Assembly: GCA_945928645.1 (NCBI GenBank)
Contig: CAMENR010000001.1
Coordinates: 33,439-97,438 of the forward strand
DNA length: 64,000 bases
Direction: 5' to 3'
Source of the DNA: an uncultured Clostridia bacterium
GTDB lineage: Bacteria > Bacillota > Clostridia > Christensenellales > UBA1242
Positions 9,289 through 17,847 of the stretch are shown here, in pieces. The position numbers and the translations under genes are program-made. How positions within the stretch are numbered: position 1 is the first letter of the stretch; each line of letters begins with the position of its first letter. Under the pieces are notes generated by a model. It was not told the origin of the DNA. It made no database searches and saw nothing but the letters and a program-made list of their open reading frames with translations.

Positions 9289-10557
9289 ATGACTGATAGA
9301 GTATATTTTGTTATTGATATGAAGTCTTTTTTTGCATCTGTAGAGTGTGCAGAGCGTGGACTTGATGCGATGAAAACAAATATGGTTGTTGCGGACGGGG
9401 AACGTGGTTCGGGGACTATATGCCTAGCTGTAAGTCCAAGTATGAAGGCGCTTGGAGTAAGAAATAGGTGTAGGCTTTATGAAATTCCTCAGAATATTGA
9501 TTATATTATAGCCCCTCCACGCATGAAGAAGTATATTGATTATGCCTCAGAAATTTACGCAATTTATCTAAAATATATTAGCAAAAATGATATTCATGTG
9601 TATTCCATAGATGAGTGTATATTAGATGTTACGGATTATTTGAAATATTACAAGACAACAGCAAAGCCTTTTGCTCAGAAATTGATGAAAGAAATATGGG
9701 ATAAACTAGGCATCCCCTCTACAGTGGGTATAGGAAGCAACATGTATCTTGCCAAAATAGCCCTTGATATTACAGCAAAATATTCCCCTGACAGAATTGG
9801 GTGGCTAAATGAAGAAAAGTTCATCAAAACTTTATGGAATCATCGTCCACTTACAGATTTTTGGCAAATTTCTGATGGAACAGTGGACAGACTTAGGAAA
9901 TATGGAATTTTTGATATGGAAGGGATTGCAAAATGCGATGAAGAAACACTGTATCGAGAATTCGGAGTTAATGCAGAATTGCTTATTGATCATGCATGGG
10001 GTAGAGAAAGTTGTCTGATGAGCGATATAAAGAATTATAAATCTCATTCAAAATCTATCTCTTCATCACAAATTTTGCCATGCAATTATACTTTTGAAGA
10101 AGCTCGAATAGTTATGAAGGAAATGGTTCAAAATGGCTGTTATGACCTAGCAAATCAAAATTATGCGACACAGCTAATACACATATATATTAGTTATGGA
10201 GATAGAAAGGGAGAAAGCGACAAAGGCTCTCAAAGGTTATCAGTGGTAACAAACCTTTATTCTATAATTGGCAAGGAGTGTGATGATTTGTTTTGTAAGG
10301 TAGCCGACCGCAAAAAACTTATCCGTCAAATAGGGTATTGTTTTGACAATCTTGTGCCAGAAAATGATGAGAGATATGATTTTTTCACAAATTTTGATAA
10401 TGTAAAAAGGGAAAAAATAAAGACAAAGGCTGTGCTAGAAGTGAAAGATAAATATGGGAAAAATGCAATTCTTAAAGGGCTTGACTATGAAGAAAAGGCT
10501 ACACAAAGAGAAAGAAATCTATCTATAGGAGGGCATAAAAGTGGAGAAAAGAATTAA
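9289..10557 (+). CDS. Y-family (DinB/UmuC-like, UvrX/YqjW-type) translesion DNA polymerase
   Basis: VYFVIDMKSFFASVECAERGLD and VYSIDECILDVTDY are the Y-family catalytic motifs. Start moved to ATG 9289 (MTDRVYFVIDM). Confidence 0.85.
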   Translation: MTDRVYFVIDMKSFFASVECAERGLDAMKTNMVVADGERGSGTICLAVSPSMKALGVRNRCRLYEIPQNIDYIIAPPRMKKYIDYASEIYAIYLKYISKNDIHVYSIDECILDVTDYLKYYKTTAKPFAQKLMKEIWDKLGIPSTVGIGSNMYLAKIALDITAKYSPDRIGWLNEEKFIKTLWNHRPLTDFWQISDGTVDRLRKYGIFDMEGIAKCDEETLYREFGVNAELLIDHAWGRESCLMSDIKNYKSHSKSISSSQILPCNYTFEEARIVMKEMVQNGCYDLANQNYATQLIHIYISYGDRKGESDKGSQRLSVVTNLYSIIGKECDDLFCKVADRKKLIRQIGYCFDNLVPENDERYDFFTNFDNVKREKIKTKAVLEVKDKYGKNAILKGLDYEEKATQRERNLSIGGHKSGEKN

Positions 10558-10558
10558 A

Positions 10559-10699
10559 ATGCCTCGCTGGGAAAGGGCAAAACAGTTCGCTCCCTTTGAT
10601 GCATTAAAGGGGCTGAGAGAGGCTCTGCGAAAAAAGGAAAAAGAGCATGATGAATTGCTAAAAAACAAAATTAGGCATGAGGAAATTGACGAAACATAA
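10559..10699 (+). CDS. 46-aa YolD-like N-terminal remnant (below the ORF-track cutoff)
   Basis: ATG 10559 lies 1 nt after the polymerase stop. Translation is MPRWERAKQFAPFDALKGLREALRKKEKEHDELLKNKIRHEEIDET. RAKQFaPFdALkG resembles the N-terminal motif of YolD-like proteins that accompany Y-family polymerases. Confidence 0.5.
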   Translation: MPRWERAKQFAPFDALKGLREALRKKEKEHDELLKNKIRHEEIDET

Positions 10700-10746
10700 T
10701 TTTTTATATATAAACATATTGATTTCATAAATCATAAATAAATAGT

Positions 10747-11523
10747 ATGGATAATATTTTTGTTTTTGATAGTGGAAGTGGTGGTGAGTTTGTAACCAAA
10801 GAACTTTTGCGTGCTTTGCCACAGGAAAATTTTGTACTGTATAAAGATGTAAAAAACTGCCCTTATAGCATCAAAAGCAAAACAAAACTCTGGCATATTT
10901 GTTGCAAGATTATGAATATCGCTACAAGAGAGATGAAGCCAAAGGCTGTAGTCGTTGCATGCAACACTATGAGCAGTCTCTTTGAAAGGAAAATAATAAA
11001 AAAATTTAATTCTGTTCCGATCTTTTTTGTTACCCCGTTGATAACAAATAAACTTTTGTTGCAAAAAACACTTATTCTTGCTACAACTCGCACCGTCAAT
11101 TGCAACGAAGATATTTTAAGAGCAAAGGGGAATAAAAACTGTATTGTGGTTGGTTTTGATAATTTAGCAAAAATGATAGACTTAGCAAAAGACTCACCAA
11201 AAGTAGAGGCAGATATAAAACTGCTTTTACTAAACAGTCTGAGCAAATACAAAACTGCTGGAGTCAAAAACATTGTGTTAGGTTGCACTCACTATAAATA
11301 TATAAAAAAATACTTACAGGAGATTTTTGGGAAAGTAAAATTTTATGACAAAAGCAAGTTTGTTGCCCAAGAATTAAGGGCATATTTGCAAAGTTCAAAC
11401 TTTATTCAAGATAAAACATTGCCAAATAAAAGCCTTAAAATGAAATTCAAAAATCAAGTTATTGTTGTTGAGGATATAAAGGAATTAAGGTTATTGGCTC
11501 AAAGAAATATCAAAGAGTATTAA
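10747..11523 (+). CDS. murI: glutamate racemase-like (Asp/Glu racemase family)
   Basis: FVFDSGSGG, VVACNTMS and LGCTHYKY give the nucleotide-free racemase fold with both catalytic Cys motifs. Confidence 0.75.
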   Translation: MDNIFVFDSGSGGEFVTKELLRALPQENFVLYKDVKNCPYSIKSKTKLWHICCKIMNIATREMKPKAVVVACNTMSSLFERKIIKKFNSVPIFFVTPLITNKLLLQKTLILATTRTVNCNEDILRAKGNKNCIVVGFDNLAKMIDLAKDSPKVEADIKLLLLNSLSKYKTAGVKNIVLGCTHYKYIKKYLQEIFGKVKFYDKSKFVAQELRAYLQSSNFIQDKTLPNKSLKMKFKNQVIVVEDIKELRLLAQRNIKEY

Positions 11524-11728
11524 CTTTTGTAATTCATATTTCAAATATTATTTTATTTTACAATTCTAACATCATTACATTGTTTTTACAATATTGCATT
11601 GGTTTTACACTATTGCATCATTTCGATAATTTATTGAATTGTTTTATAAATGATATATACTATTGACAATAGTAGTTGGTGTAATTATTTTAATCATATA
11701 AGTTTGTTAACTATAAAGATTTATGGCA

Positions 11729-11750
11729 TAAAAAAAGCTCCAAACGGAGC
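11729..11750 (-). terminator. terminator after tRNA-Val
   Basis: Minus strand reads GCTCC-GTTT-GGAGC followed by T7 (plus-strand A-run 11730-11736). Confidence 0.6.
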
Positions 11751-11755
11751 AAATT

Positions 11756-11832
11756 TGGTGGTCCCAATAGGACTCGAACCTATGACCTCTTCGATGTGAA
11801 CGAAGCGCTCTAACCAACTGAGCCATGGGACC
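11756..11832 (-). tRNA. tRNA-Val (anticodon CAC), CCA encoded
   Basis: Reverse complement GGTCCCATGGCTCAGTTGGTTAGAGCGCTTCGTTCACATCGAAGAGGTCATAGGTTCGAGTCCTATTGGGACCACCA. Anticodon stem is CTTCG/CGAAG and the loop is TTCACAT. Confidence 0.88.
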
Positions 11833-12067
11833 TTAACTGCAAATATATTATCATAAAAAAATAAAAAATCAAGTAAATTGATTATATTTTTGAAAAATAA
11901 GCAAAAAAATTTTTGAAAAGAAAATTTTGTTCTTTTGAAATGGGGGAGTTGTCTTTTAGAATAATTGATTTTAGGATATATTTTTTATATTTATTATAGC
12001 AAAAAAAATCACCCAAAACAATCTGCTCAAAAAAACAAAAACACCCACCAAAACAAAACCCTCATTA

Positions 12068-12098
12068 AAAACAAAAACTCCCACCAAAGAGGTGAGGG
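12068..12098 (-). terminator. terminator of the Asn-rich lipoprotein gene
   Basis: Minus strand CCCTCACC-TCTT-TGGTGGGAG (one mismatch) followed by GTTTTTGTTTTT. Confidence 0.5.
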
Positions 12099-12131
12099 TT
12101 TAGTATAAACTTCTTTGAACAGGTAAATTTG

Positions 12132-14297
12132 TTATGCACGCACTTGTTTTGGGCCAAATAAAAGGGAATAAGTGGATTGATTAGTATTTGAGCAAGTTCT
12201 TTGTATATAATCTACAACAGGGAGTCTTAATGGGGCTGTGTAATTATTTATTCTGTTATTATTCTGTGTAGATGAGTTGTTTCTTATATTTTGGTTATTT
12301 CTTCCAGTATTGCTATTTTGATATTGATTGTTTGTTTGATTATATTTTTGAATATTGTTATAGTTGTTTGTCGAGTTATATGCCTGGTTGTTGTTTTGAT
12401 TGTTTTTGTTGTAATTAAAATTCTGCATATTATTATTTCTATTGGCTGTATTATAATTGCGTGATGTATTATTTTGATTGAAATTCCTGTTCATATTATT
12501 ATAATTTTGAGAATAATTTTGGGTAGAATTATTATTTGAATTATTTATACCATTCATATTTTGTGAGTTGTAGTTGGTGGCAGAATGGGAATTGTTTATT
12601 CTATTGTTTTGATTGTCAAGATTAGCCTTTCTTATTGTGTTATTTGAAGAATTGTCCATTTGAGATGTTTTGTTGTTTTGAATTTTATTATAACTTACAC
12701 CATAGTTTGAATTTTGATTTTTGTTTGTTGTAGAGTTGTTGACATTTGTATTAGTTTTGTTCATTGCATATTGATTTGAATTATTTTGATTATATGCAGA
12801 TGATGTTTGATTTGTATTATTTATTGATGTATTATCTGAAACTTTTGTTGCATTGTTATTTGAAGTCTTATTTTGATATGAATTATATTGGTTAGAGAGT
12901 TTTTGACTATCATATATAGTATTTTCTATTGTTCTATCATCAGCCAAAGACTTGGATGCAACACTTGGAATAATTGTTGAAGAATCTGGATTTTTGTTTT
13001 CTGTAACTTCCTGAGTGTTTTTAGTATCCTTTGTATAGTTATTGTTTATGTTATTATTTTGTTGATTGAGAGAATTATTAGAGTAATTGGTTGAATTATT
13101 TTGATATGCATTTGTGTTATTTTGATATCTATTTGTATTTTCTTGATATCTATTTGTATTTTCTTGATATTTATTCGAGTTGTTTTGATACCTGTTTGAG
13201 TCATAAACTTTGTTTTTTGTTCTATTGGCTGAGTTATAATTGTTTGATTGATTATTTTGATTTATATAACTATTATTGCTGTTTTGTGAGTTTGAAACAC
13301 TATTTCTAGAAGATTGATATCGATTGCTGTCAAATTGATTTTTTGCATAATTATATCTTGTTTTTGAAGTTTGATTGGAGTTTAACATTGTATTGTCTAC
13401 TGTTTTTTCGCCAAGGAGTTTGCTGGCAAAATTTATAAGGTCTAAAACAGAATTGTTTGCGTTGTTGCAAGTATTGCAATTGGAGTCTATGCAGTTGTAA
13501 ATATTTCTATAATCTGCTGTCATAGAGCCAGAGTTGCTTGCTAGATTAAGCTTTTTCTTACCAATAGTGTTTACTGTGGATTTGCAACCTTTGCAAGATG
13601 TAATATTATTGGTGCATTGTTTGATAACTTCGTAGTAACTATTTAGTGTCTTGACATCACTGTCCGAAAGTTTTGCTTCACCTTTCTTTAATCTTTCCAA
13701 AAGTTCTTTGGCACGATTGCAGTTGTTTATAAGAGAAGTCTTTGTGTTGGAATATTCTTTGTTTAGGTCGCAAACATTGTTGCACGCTGTTCTAAGGTCA
13801 TTGTAGCTGGTGTCGCTGGTTGCAAGGTTAAGATTTCTCTTGGTTGCTCTGTAGTCATTTGATGCAAATAGGTTGGCGTTGGCTCGTTGAGTCATATGAT
13901 TTTTTGTTGGCATTTTTACATTCAGAACTTCTCTGTATGGATAAATATTTCTTCTAGTGTTGCTTCTTTGAGTAGAAGTGTCGCCATTCTGACTAGAAGT
14001 ATTGTAATTTTGGGAATAATTTTTGCATCTATAGCAACTTCCATCTTCACAATAATAGCAATCATCTCCATAGCAGTGATAACCGTCAGAAGTGTCCATA
14101 TTTTCTCCCAAAATAGAGTTTAGATTTATCTTGTCAGTGTTTACTTCCTCCAGTTTTTTTACCTGGGAAATCATCTTATCCAATCCTCCAGATATTTTTT
14201 TGCTAGCAAGATTGACCTGCGCTTGATTGCCATTTGAACATGCAAAAAGGAAGGTGCAAGCCAGCAAGATTGACAATAATCCAATAAATTTTTTCAT
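12132..14297 (-). CDS. lipoprotein with Cys-rich N-terminal domain and very long Asn/Gln-rich low-complexity tract
   Basis: Signal peptide plus lipobox (MKKFIGLLSILLACTFLFAC|SNG). Cys clusters include CYGDDCYYCEDGSCYRCKNY and CIDSNCNTCNN. From about aa 305 to 690 the sequence is dominated by N, Q, S, T and Y. Confidence 0.8.
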   Translation of the reverse strand: MKKFIGLLSILLACTFLFACSNGNQAQVNLASKKISGGLDKMISQVKKLEEVNTDKINLNSILGENMDTSDGYHCYGDDCYYCEDGSCYRCKNYSQNYNTSSQNGDTSTQRSNTRRNIYPYREVLNVKMPTKNHMTQRANANLFASNDYRATKRNLNLATSDTSYNDLRTACNNVCDLNKEYSNTKTSLINNCNRAKELLERLKKGEAKLSDSDVKTLNSYYEVIKQCTNNITSCKGCKSTVNTIGKKKLNLASNSGSMTADYRNIYNCIDSNCNTCNNANNSVLDLINFASKLLGEKTVDNTMLNSNQTSKTRYNYAKNQFDSNRYQSSRNSVSNSQNSNNSYINQNNQSNNYNSANRTKNKVYDSNRYQNNSNKYQENTNRYQENTNRYQNNTNAYQNNSTNYSNNSLNQQNNNINNNYTKDTKNTQEVTENKNPDSSTIIPSVASKSLADDRTIENTIYDSQKLSNQYNSYQNKTSNNNATKVSDNTSINNTNQTSSAYNQNNSNQYAMNKTNTNVNNSTTNKNQNSNYGVSYNKIQNNKTSQMDNSSNNTIRKANLDNQNNRINNSHSATNYNSQNMNGINNSNNNSTQNYSQNYNNMNRNFNQNNTSRNYNTANRNNNMQNFNYNKNNQNNNQAYNSTNNYNNIQKYNQTNNQYQNSNTGRNNQNIRNNSSTQNNNRINNYTAPLRLPVVDYIQRTCSNTNQSTYSLLFGPKQVRA
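13101..13205. repeat. 5 x 21-bp in-frame tandem repeat inside the lipoprotein gene (encodes NRYQENT-type heptads)
   Basis: Units start at 13101, 13122, 13143, 13164 and 13185 (TTGATATCTATTTGTATTTTC consensus). Units 2 and 3 are identical. Confidence 0.9.
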
Positions 14298-14440
14298 TTT
14301 TACCTCCGGAACATCAATTGTTCAAAGTTATTTTGGCAGAAATTTGTAAAATTATTTATTTTTTGAATAAAATTTTTTGCACTGACAATATTTATTGAGA
14401 ATTTTGTTGATGAGTTTATGGCAAAATTGCTGGAGGAATA

Positions 14441-14899
14441 ATGGATAAACTAAAAATAAACCAAGAGTATTGTAAATTTGTAGAAAATCGCCTTCCAAAA
14501 ACTAGATTTTTCCCATCTTTATTATGGGCATTTTTGGTGGGAGGGTTAATATGTTGCATTGGGCAGGGGATTTTTGATGGGCTTATGGCGCTGTTTCCAT
14601 CACTTTCAAAAGATGATGTTCAAGCGTATACATTGGTTATACTTATTTTTCTTGCAGCATTTCTTACGGGGCTAGGCATTTATGATAGGATAGGTGTTTT
14701 TGCTGGAGCAGGTTCTATTGTGCCGATAACTGGGTTTTCAAATTCTATTGTTAGTCCTGCAATGGACTTCAAAAATGAGGGATGGATATTTGGTGTTTGT
14801 GTAAAAATGTTTTCTGTGGCAGGTCCTGTTATTGTTACCGGCATAGCTTCAAGTATGCTTGTTGGTTTGGTTTACTATATAATTGGACTGTTTGGTTAA
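14441..14899 (+). CDS. spoVAC: stage V sporulation protein AC
   Basis: 152-aa 4-TM protein. GAGSIVPITGFSNSIVSPAM and the GPVIVTG context are typical of SpoVAC. It is followed by spoVAD and spoVAE. Confidence 0.9.
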   Translation: MDKLKINQEYCKFVENRLPKTRFFPSLLWAFLVGGLICCIGQGIFDGLMALFPSLSKDDVQAYTLVILIFLAAFLTGLGIYDRIGVFAGAGSIVPITGFSNSIVSPAMDFKNEGWIFGVCVKMFSVAGPVIVTGIASSMLVGLVYYIIGLFG

Positions 14900-15006
14900 G
14901 TCATTTTGCTCTAAAATAAAGTCAACAGTGAGAATATTAAAAAGATATCAAAACTGTGTATAGTGCAAAAAAGCAATCACATTTTACAACAAAAAAGGGA
15001 GAGATT

Positions 15007-16017
15007 ATGTTAAATAGAGTTGGAGAAAGAACCATCAAATTTACAAAAACACCAAAACTTATAAGTGGATATGCAATTGTAGGACCAAAAGAGGGGCTAA
15101 GTCCTGTGTCTAAATATTTTGACTATATCTTAAAGAATGACTTGTTTAATGAAAAAACATATGAAATTGCCGAAAGGAAAATGTTGGAACAGGCAATATG
15201 TGGAGCAACTGACAAGGCGAATATTCTATCTACAGACATAGATGTGCTACTAAGTGGAGATTTGCTAAATCAGATTATTTCTGCCTCTTATTCTGCAAGA
15301 CAAATTCAAACGGCATTTGTTGGTGTGTTTGGCGCTTGTTCAACGATGACAGAGAGCATTGCTTTAGGTGCTTGCCTTGTTGATGGTGGATATTGTGGCA
15401 GGGTTGCTTGTGCTACTTGCAGTCATTTTTCTACAGCAGAAAGGCAGTTTAGGTCGCCTCTGGAACTTGGATGTCAAAGACCACCAACTTCGCAGTGGAC
15501 AGTTACTGGTGCTGGTTGTTCCATTTTGGCAAATGAGGGCAATGGGCATAATATTGTTTATGCTACATTTGGAAAGGTTGTAGATTTTGGAATAAATGAT
15601 ATGAACAATATGGGGGCCGCTATGGCACCTGCTGCGGCGGATACACTAAGGGCTCTTTTTAGGGATACAAACACCACACCATCAGATTATGACCTAATAG
15701 CCACAGGGGACCTTGGAAAGTTGGGAAGTGAAATTTTGGTGGACCTTATGGAGAATTATGGCTATAAAATGGGAGAAAACTATTGTGATTGTGGGCAACT
15801 GATATACAGTAACAAGCAAAGGAGTTTTATGGGTGGAAGTGGATGTGGTTGCAGTGCCAGTGTTATCAATTCCTATATTTTGAGCAAACTAGACAGTGGA
15901 GATTATAAAAAAGTTATCCTTATGTCCACAGGGGCGCTTATGAGCACTACTTCCAGTCAGCAGGGAGAAACTATCCCTGGTATAGCTCATGCTGTAGTTA
16001 TAGAAAAGGGAAGATAA
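15007..16017 (+). CDS. spoVAD: stage V sporulation protein AD
   Basis: Thiolase-like fold (FGACSTMTESIALG, GGSGCGCSA). Start moved to ATG 15007 (MLNRVGERTIKF) behind SD AAGGGAGAG. Confidence 0.9.
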   Translation: MLNRVGERTIKFTKTPKLISGYAIVGPKEGLSPVSKYFDYILKNDLFNEKTYEIAERKMLEQAICGATDKANILSTDIDVLLSGDLLNQIISASYSARQIQTAFVGVFGACSTMTESIALGACLVDGGYCGRVACATCSHFSTAERQFRSPLELGCQRPPTSQWTVTGAGCSILANEGNGHNIVYATFGKVVDFGINDMNNMGAAMAPAAADTLRALFRDTNTTPSDYDLIATGDLGKLGSEILVDLMENYGYKMGENYCDCGQLIYSNKQRSFMGGSGCGCSASVINSYILSKLDSGDYKKVILMSTGALMSTTSSQQGETIPGIAHAVVIEKGR

Positions 16018-16096
16018 AGGGATATAAAGATAACTATTTGACAGGGTATATAGGGATATAACTATTTGGTAGGATATATAAGGATATAACTATTTG
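16013..16096. repeat. three about 28-bp direct repeats ending in GATA(TA)ACTATTTG, rich in GGATATA
   Basis: Units 16013-16040, 16041-16068 and 16069-16096. The last two share 23 of 28 positions. The repeats lie in the spoVAD-spoVAE spacer. Confidence 0.8.
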
Positions 16097-16110
16097 AAAG
16101 GGGTGAATAT

Positions 16111-16476
16111 ATGTTTTTGAAATATCTTATAGTATTTGGAGTTGGTGGTTTTGTTTGCTTGATTGCACAGATACTTATAATAAGGACTCGTATGACTTCA
16201 GCAAGGATTCTTGTTTTGTTTGAACTTATTGGAGTGCTGTTGCAGGCAGTGGGGATATTTGAACCCATAAAGAATTTTGCCAATGCAGGTATAACTGTGC
16301 CAATTATAGGCTTTGGAGCAAGTCTTGCAAGAGGGGCTATGGAAGGAGTAAAGAAAGCAGGAATTCTTGGCATATTTAATGGTGGAGTTACAGCAACATC
16401 TGCTGGTATAGCGGCTGCGGTTGGTTTTGGATATTTATTTGCACTTATATTCAAAGCACATAGCAAGAAGTCTTAG
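16111..16476 (+). CDS. spoVAE: stage V sporulation protein AE (SpoVAEB-type)
   Basis: 121-aa membrane protein. AGITVPIIGFGASLARGAMEG and TATSAGIAAAV match the SpoVAE/SpoVAC-like family. SD GAAAGGGG lies upstream. Confidence 0.85.
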   Translation: MFLKYLIVFGVGGFVCLIAQILIIRTRMTSARILVLFELIGVLLQAVGIFEPIKNFANAGITVPIIGFGASLARGAMEGVKKAGILGIFNGGVTATSAGIAAAVGFGYLFALIFKAHSKKS

Positions 16477-16741
16477 TTTAAGTATTAATAACTGTTATGG
16501 ACTTATAGATAATTGTGAGGTATTGGATTGTAATCAGTGAGTGTATAACTATATGTTGGTCATAGTATTTATGGCAATCACACAATCGGAGGATTGCATA
16601 TTGTTATATAGGTTGAATATAAATGCTTGATTATATGTTCAAAGTTAAATGGTTATAATATGGTTATCAGCGTAATACTATTACATTATCATATTCTAGA
16701 GGATTATCATATTTTTCCTAATGGAATAGTATTATATAAGT

Positions 16742-17452
16742 ATGGAAGAGGTAGGACAAAACTGCTGTGAGGAATACAAGTCGCTAGAACAAAAATATAT
16801 AGAGAGCAGATTTAGCAAATGCAAAAAGAAACACTTTAGGAGGGGATTACTTATATTCCTTTCTATTACTATTGGCATTGTAATCTGCCTTTTTTGCTAT
16901 ATAAGGTTAGTAGTTGCCCCTATTGTATGGGAATATGGAAAATCTGGCATAGAAAAAATGTTAGTAAATTCTAGCAATAAAGCGATATCCAGTATAGGCA
17001 TAACTCAATATGATGACCTAACTACAATAAATTATGATAGTTCAAACAAGATAACTTCAATAGTAACAAACTCAGCAAAGGTTAATCAGTTGGCTAATGC
17101 TCTGGCTATGACAACTCAGGGAGAGATAGATAAGCAGGCTTCACTTGGTCTAAAAATTCCAATTGGAACATGCACTGGGATAACTTTTCTTGTAGGGCGT
17201 GGAGGAGATATAACATTAACTGTTCAACCACATGGAAATATTTTGTGTAGGTTTTATTCTACATTTACAAGTTCTGGGATAAATCAAACGCTTCATCAAG
17301 TGTGGGTTTCGATGGAGAGTGAGGCGACTCTTGTTTTGCCATTTGGCTCAAAAAATATCAATAAACAAGCAGAATATTTGGTGGCGGAATGTGTAATTGT
17401 TGGAGAAATACCAAATGTTTATCTTTCTGGAGCAAAATTTTATGCGAACTAA
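16742..17452 (+). CDS. yunB: sporulation protein YunB
   Basis: N-terminal TM segment, then LKIPIGTCTGITFLVGRGGDITL, SSGINQTLHQVW and VIVGEIPNVYL, matching the YunB pattern. Confidence 0.8.
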   Translation: MEEVGQNCCEEYKSLEQKYIESRFSKCKKKHFRRGLLIFLSITIGIVICLFCYIRLVVAPIVWEYGKSGIEKMLVNSSNKAISSIGITQYDDLTTINYDSSNKITSIVTNSAKVNQLANALAMTTQGEIDKQASLGLKIPIGTCTGITFLVGRGGDITLTVQPHGNILCRFYSTFTSSGINQTLHQVWVSMESEATLVLPFGSKNINKQAEYLVAECVIVGEIPNVYLSGAKFYAN

Positions 17453-17569
17453 AGTTGCAGAAAGTTTGAAATTATGGTTGACATTTTTGATATAAATGTT
17501 AATATATTATCGTTGATAATTTTTGAGGTTGTTTTGCGATTGGTGTAAAATTACCTTGAAATTTTCTTA

Positions 17570-17830
17570 TAAAGGCGATAATGAAAGATTAGTAGTGCAG
17601 TCATGGGTGCCCAGACAGTCAAAAAAGAGAGAGCCTTCGCCCAAAGGGTGTGCTGAAAAAGGCTTGTTGATTGTGACTCTCGAATTCACTTTCTAGCCTC
17701 CAACTGAAGTGGTAGTAGGATTGGACGGGTTTGCCCGTAACAGCAAAAATGAGGGTCTTTTGACCGAAATTAGGTGGTACAGCGGAGAGTTCCGCCCTAA
17801 TGCAAATGGGGAGGAATTCTCTTTTTATTT
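17570..17830 (+). promoter_or_regulatory. T-box riboswitch leader, Phe-specific (pheST)
   Basis: AGAGAGA bulge region. Specifier context GAA-TTC-A with UUC at 17685-17687. T-box core AAATTAGGTGGTACAGCGG at 17767-17785. Terminator arms GGAGAGTTCCGCCC / GGGGAGGAATTCTC (17808-17821) are followed by T5. A possible promoter is TTGACA 17478-17483 / TAATAT 17500-17505. Confidence 0.85.
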
Positions 17831-17847
17831 AACAACAAGGAGTGATT

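Noticed and set aside
14330-14440. Sigma-G-type promoter upstream of spoVAC (TGAATA-N16-CAATATT) and sigma-E-type promoters upstream of yunB and spoIVA
   Set aside because: The matches are partial, and the spacings are off by 1-2 nt from the consensus as I remember it. They cannot be separated from AT-rich background without TSS data.
16062-16466. 134-aa minus-strand ORF
   Set aside because: It is an antisense shadow of spoVAE, a hydrophobic mirror frame. spoVAE has family motifs and an SD, and this ORF has neither.
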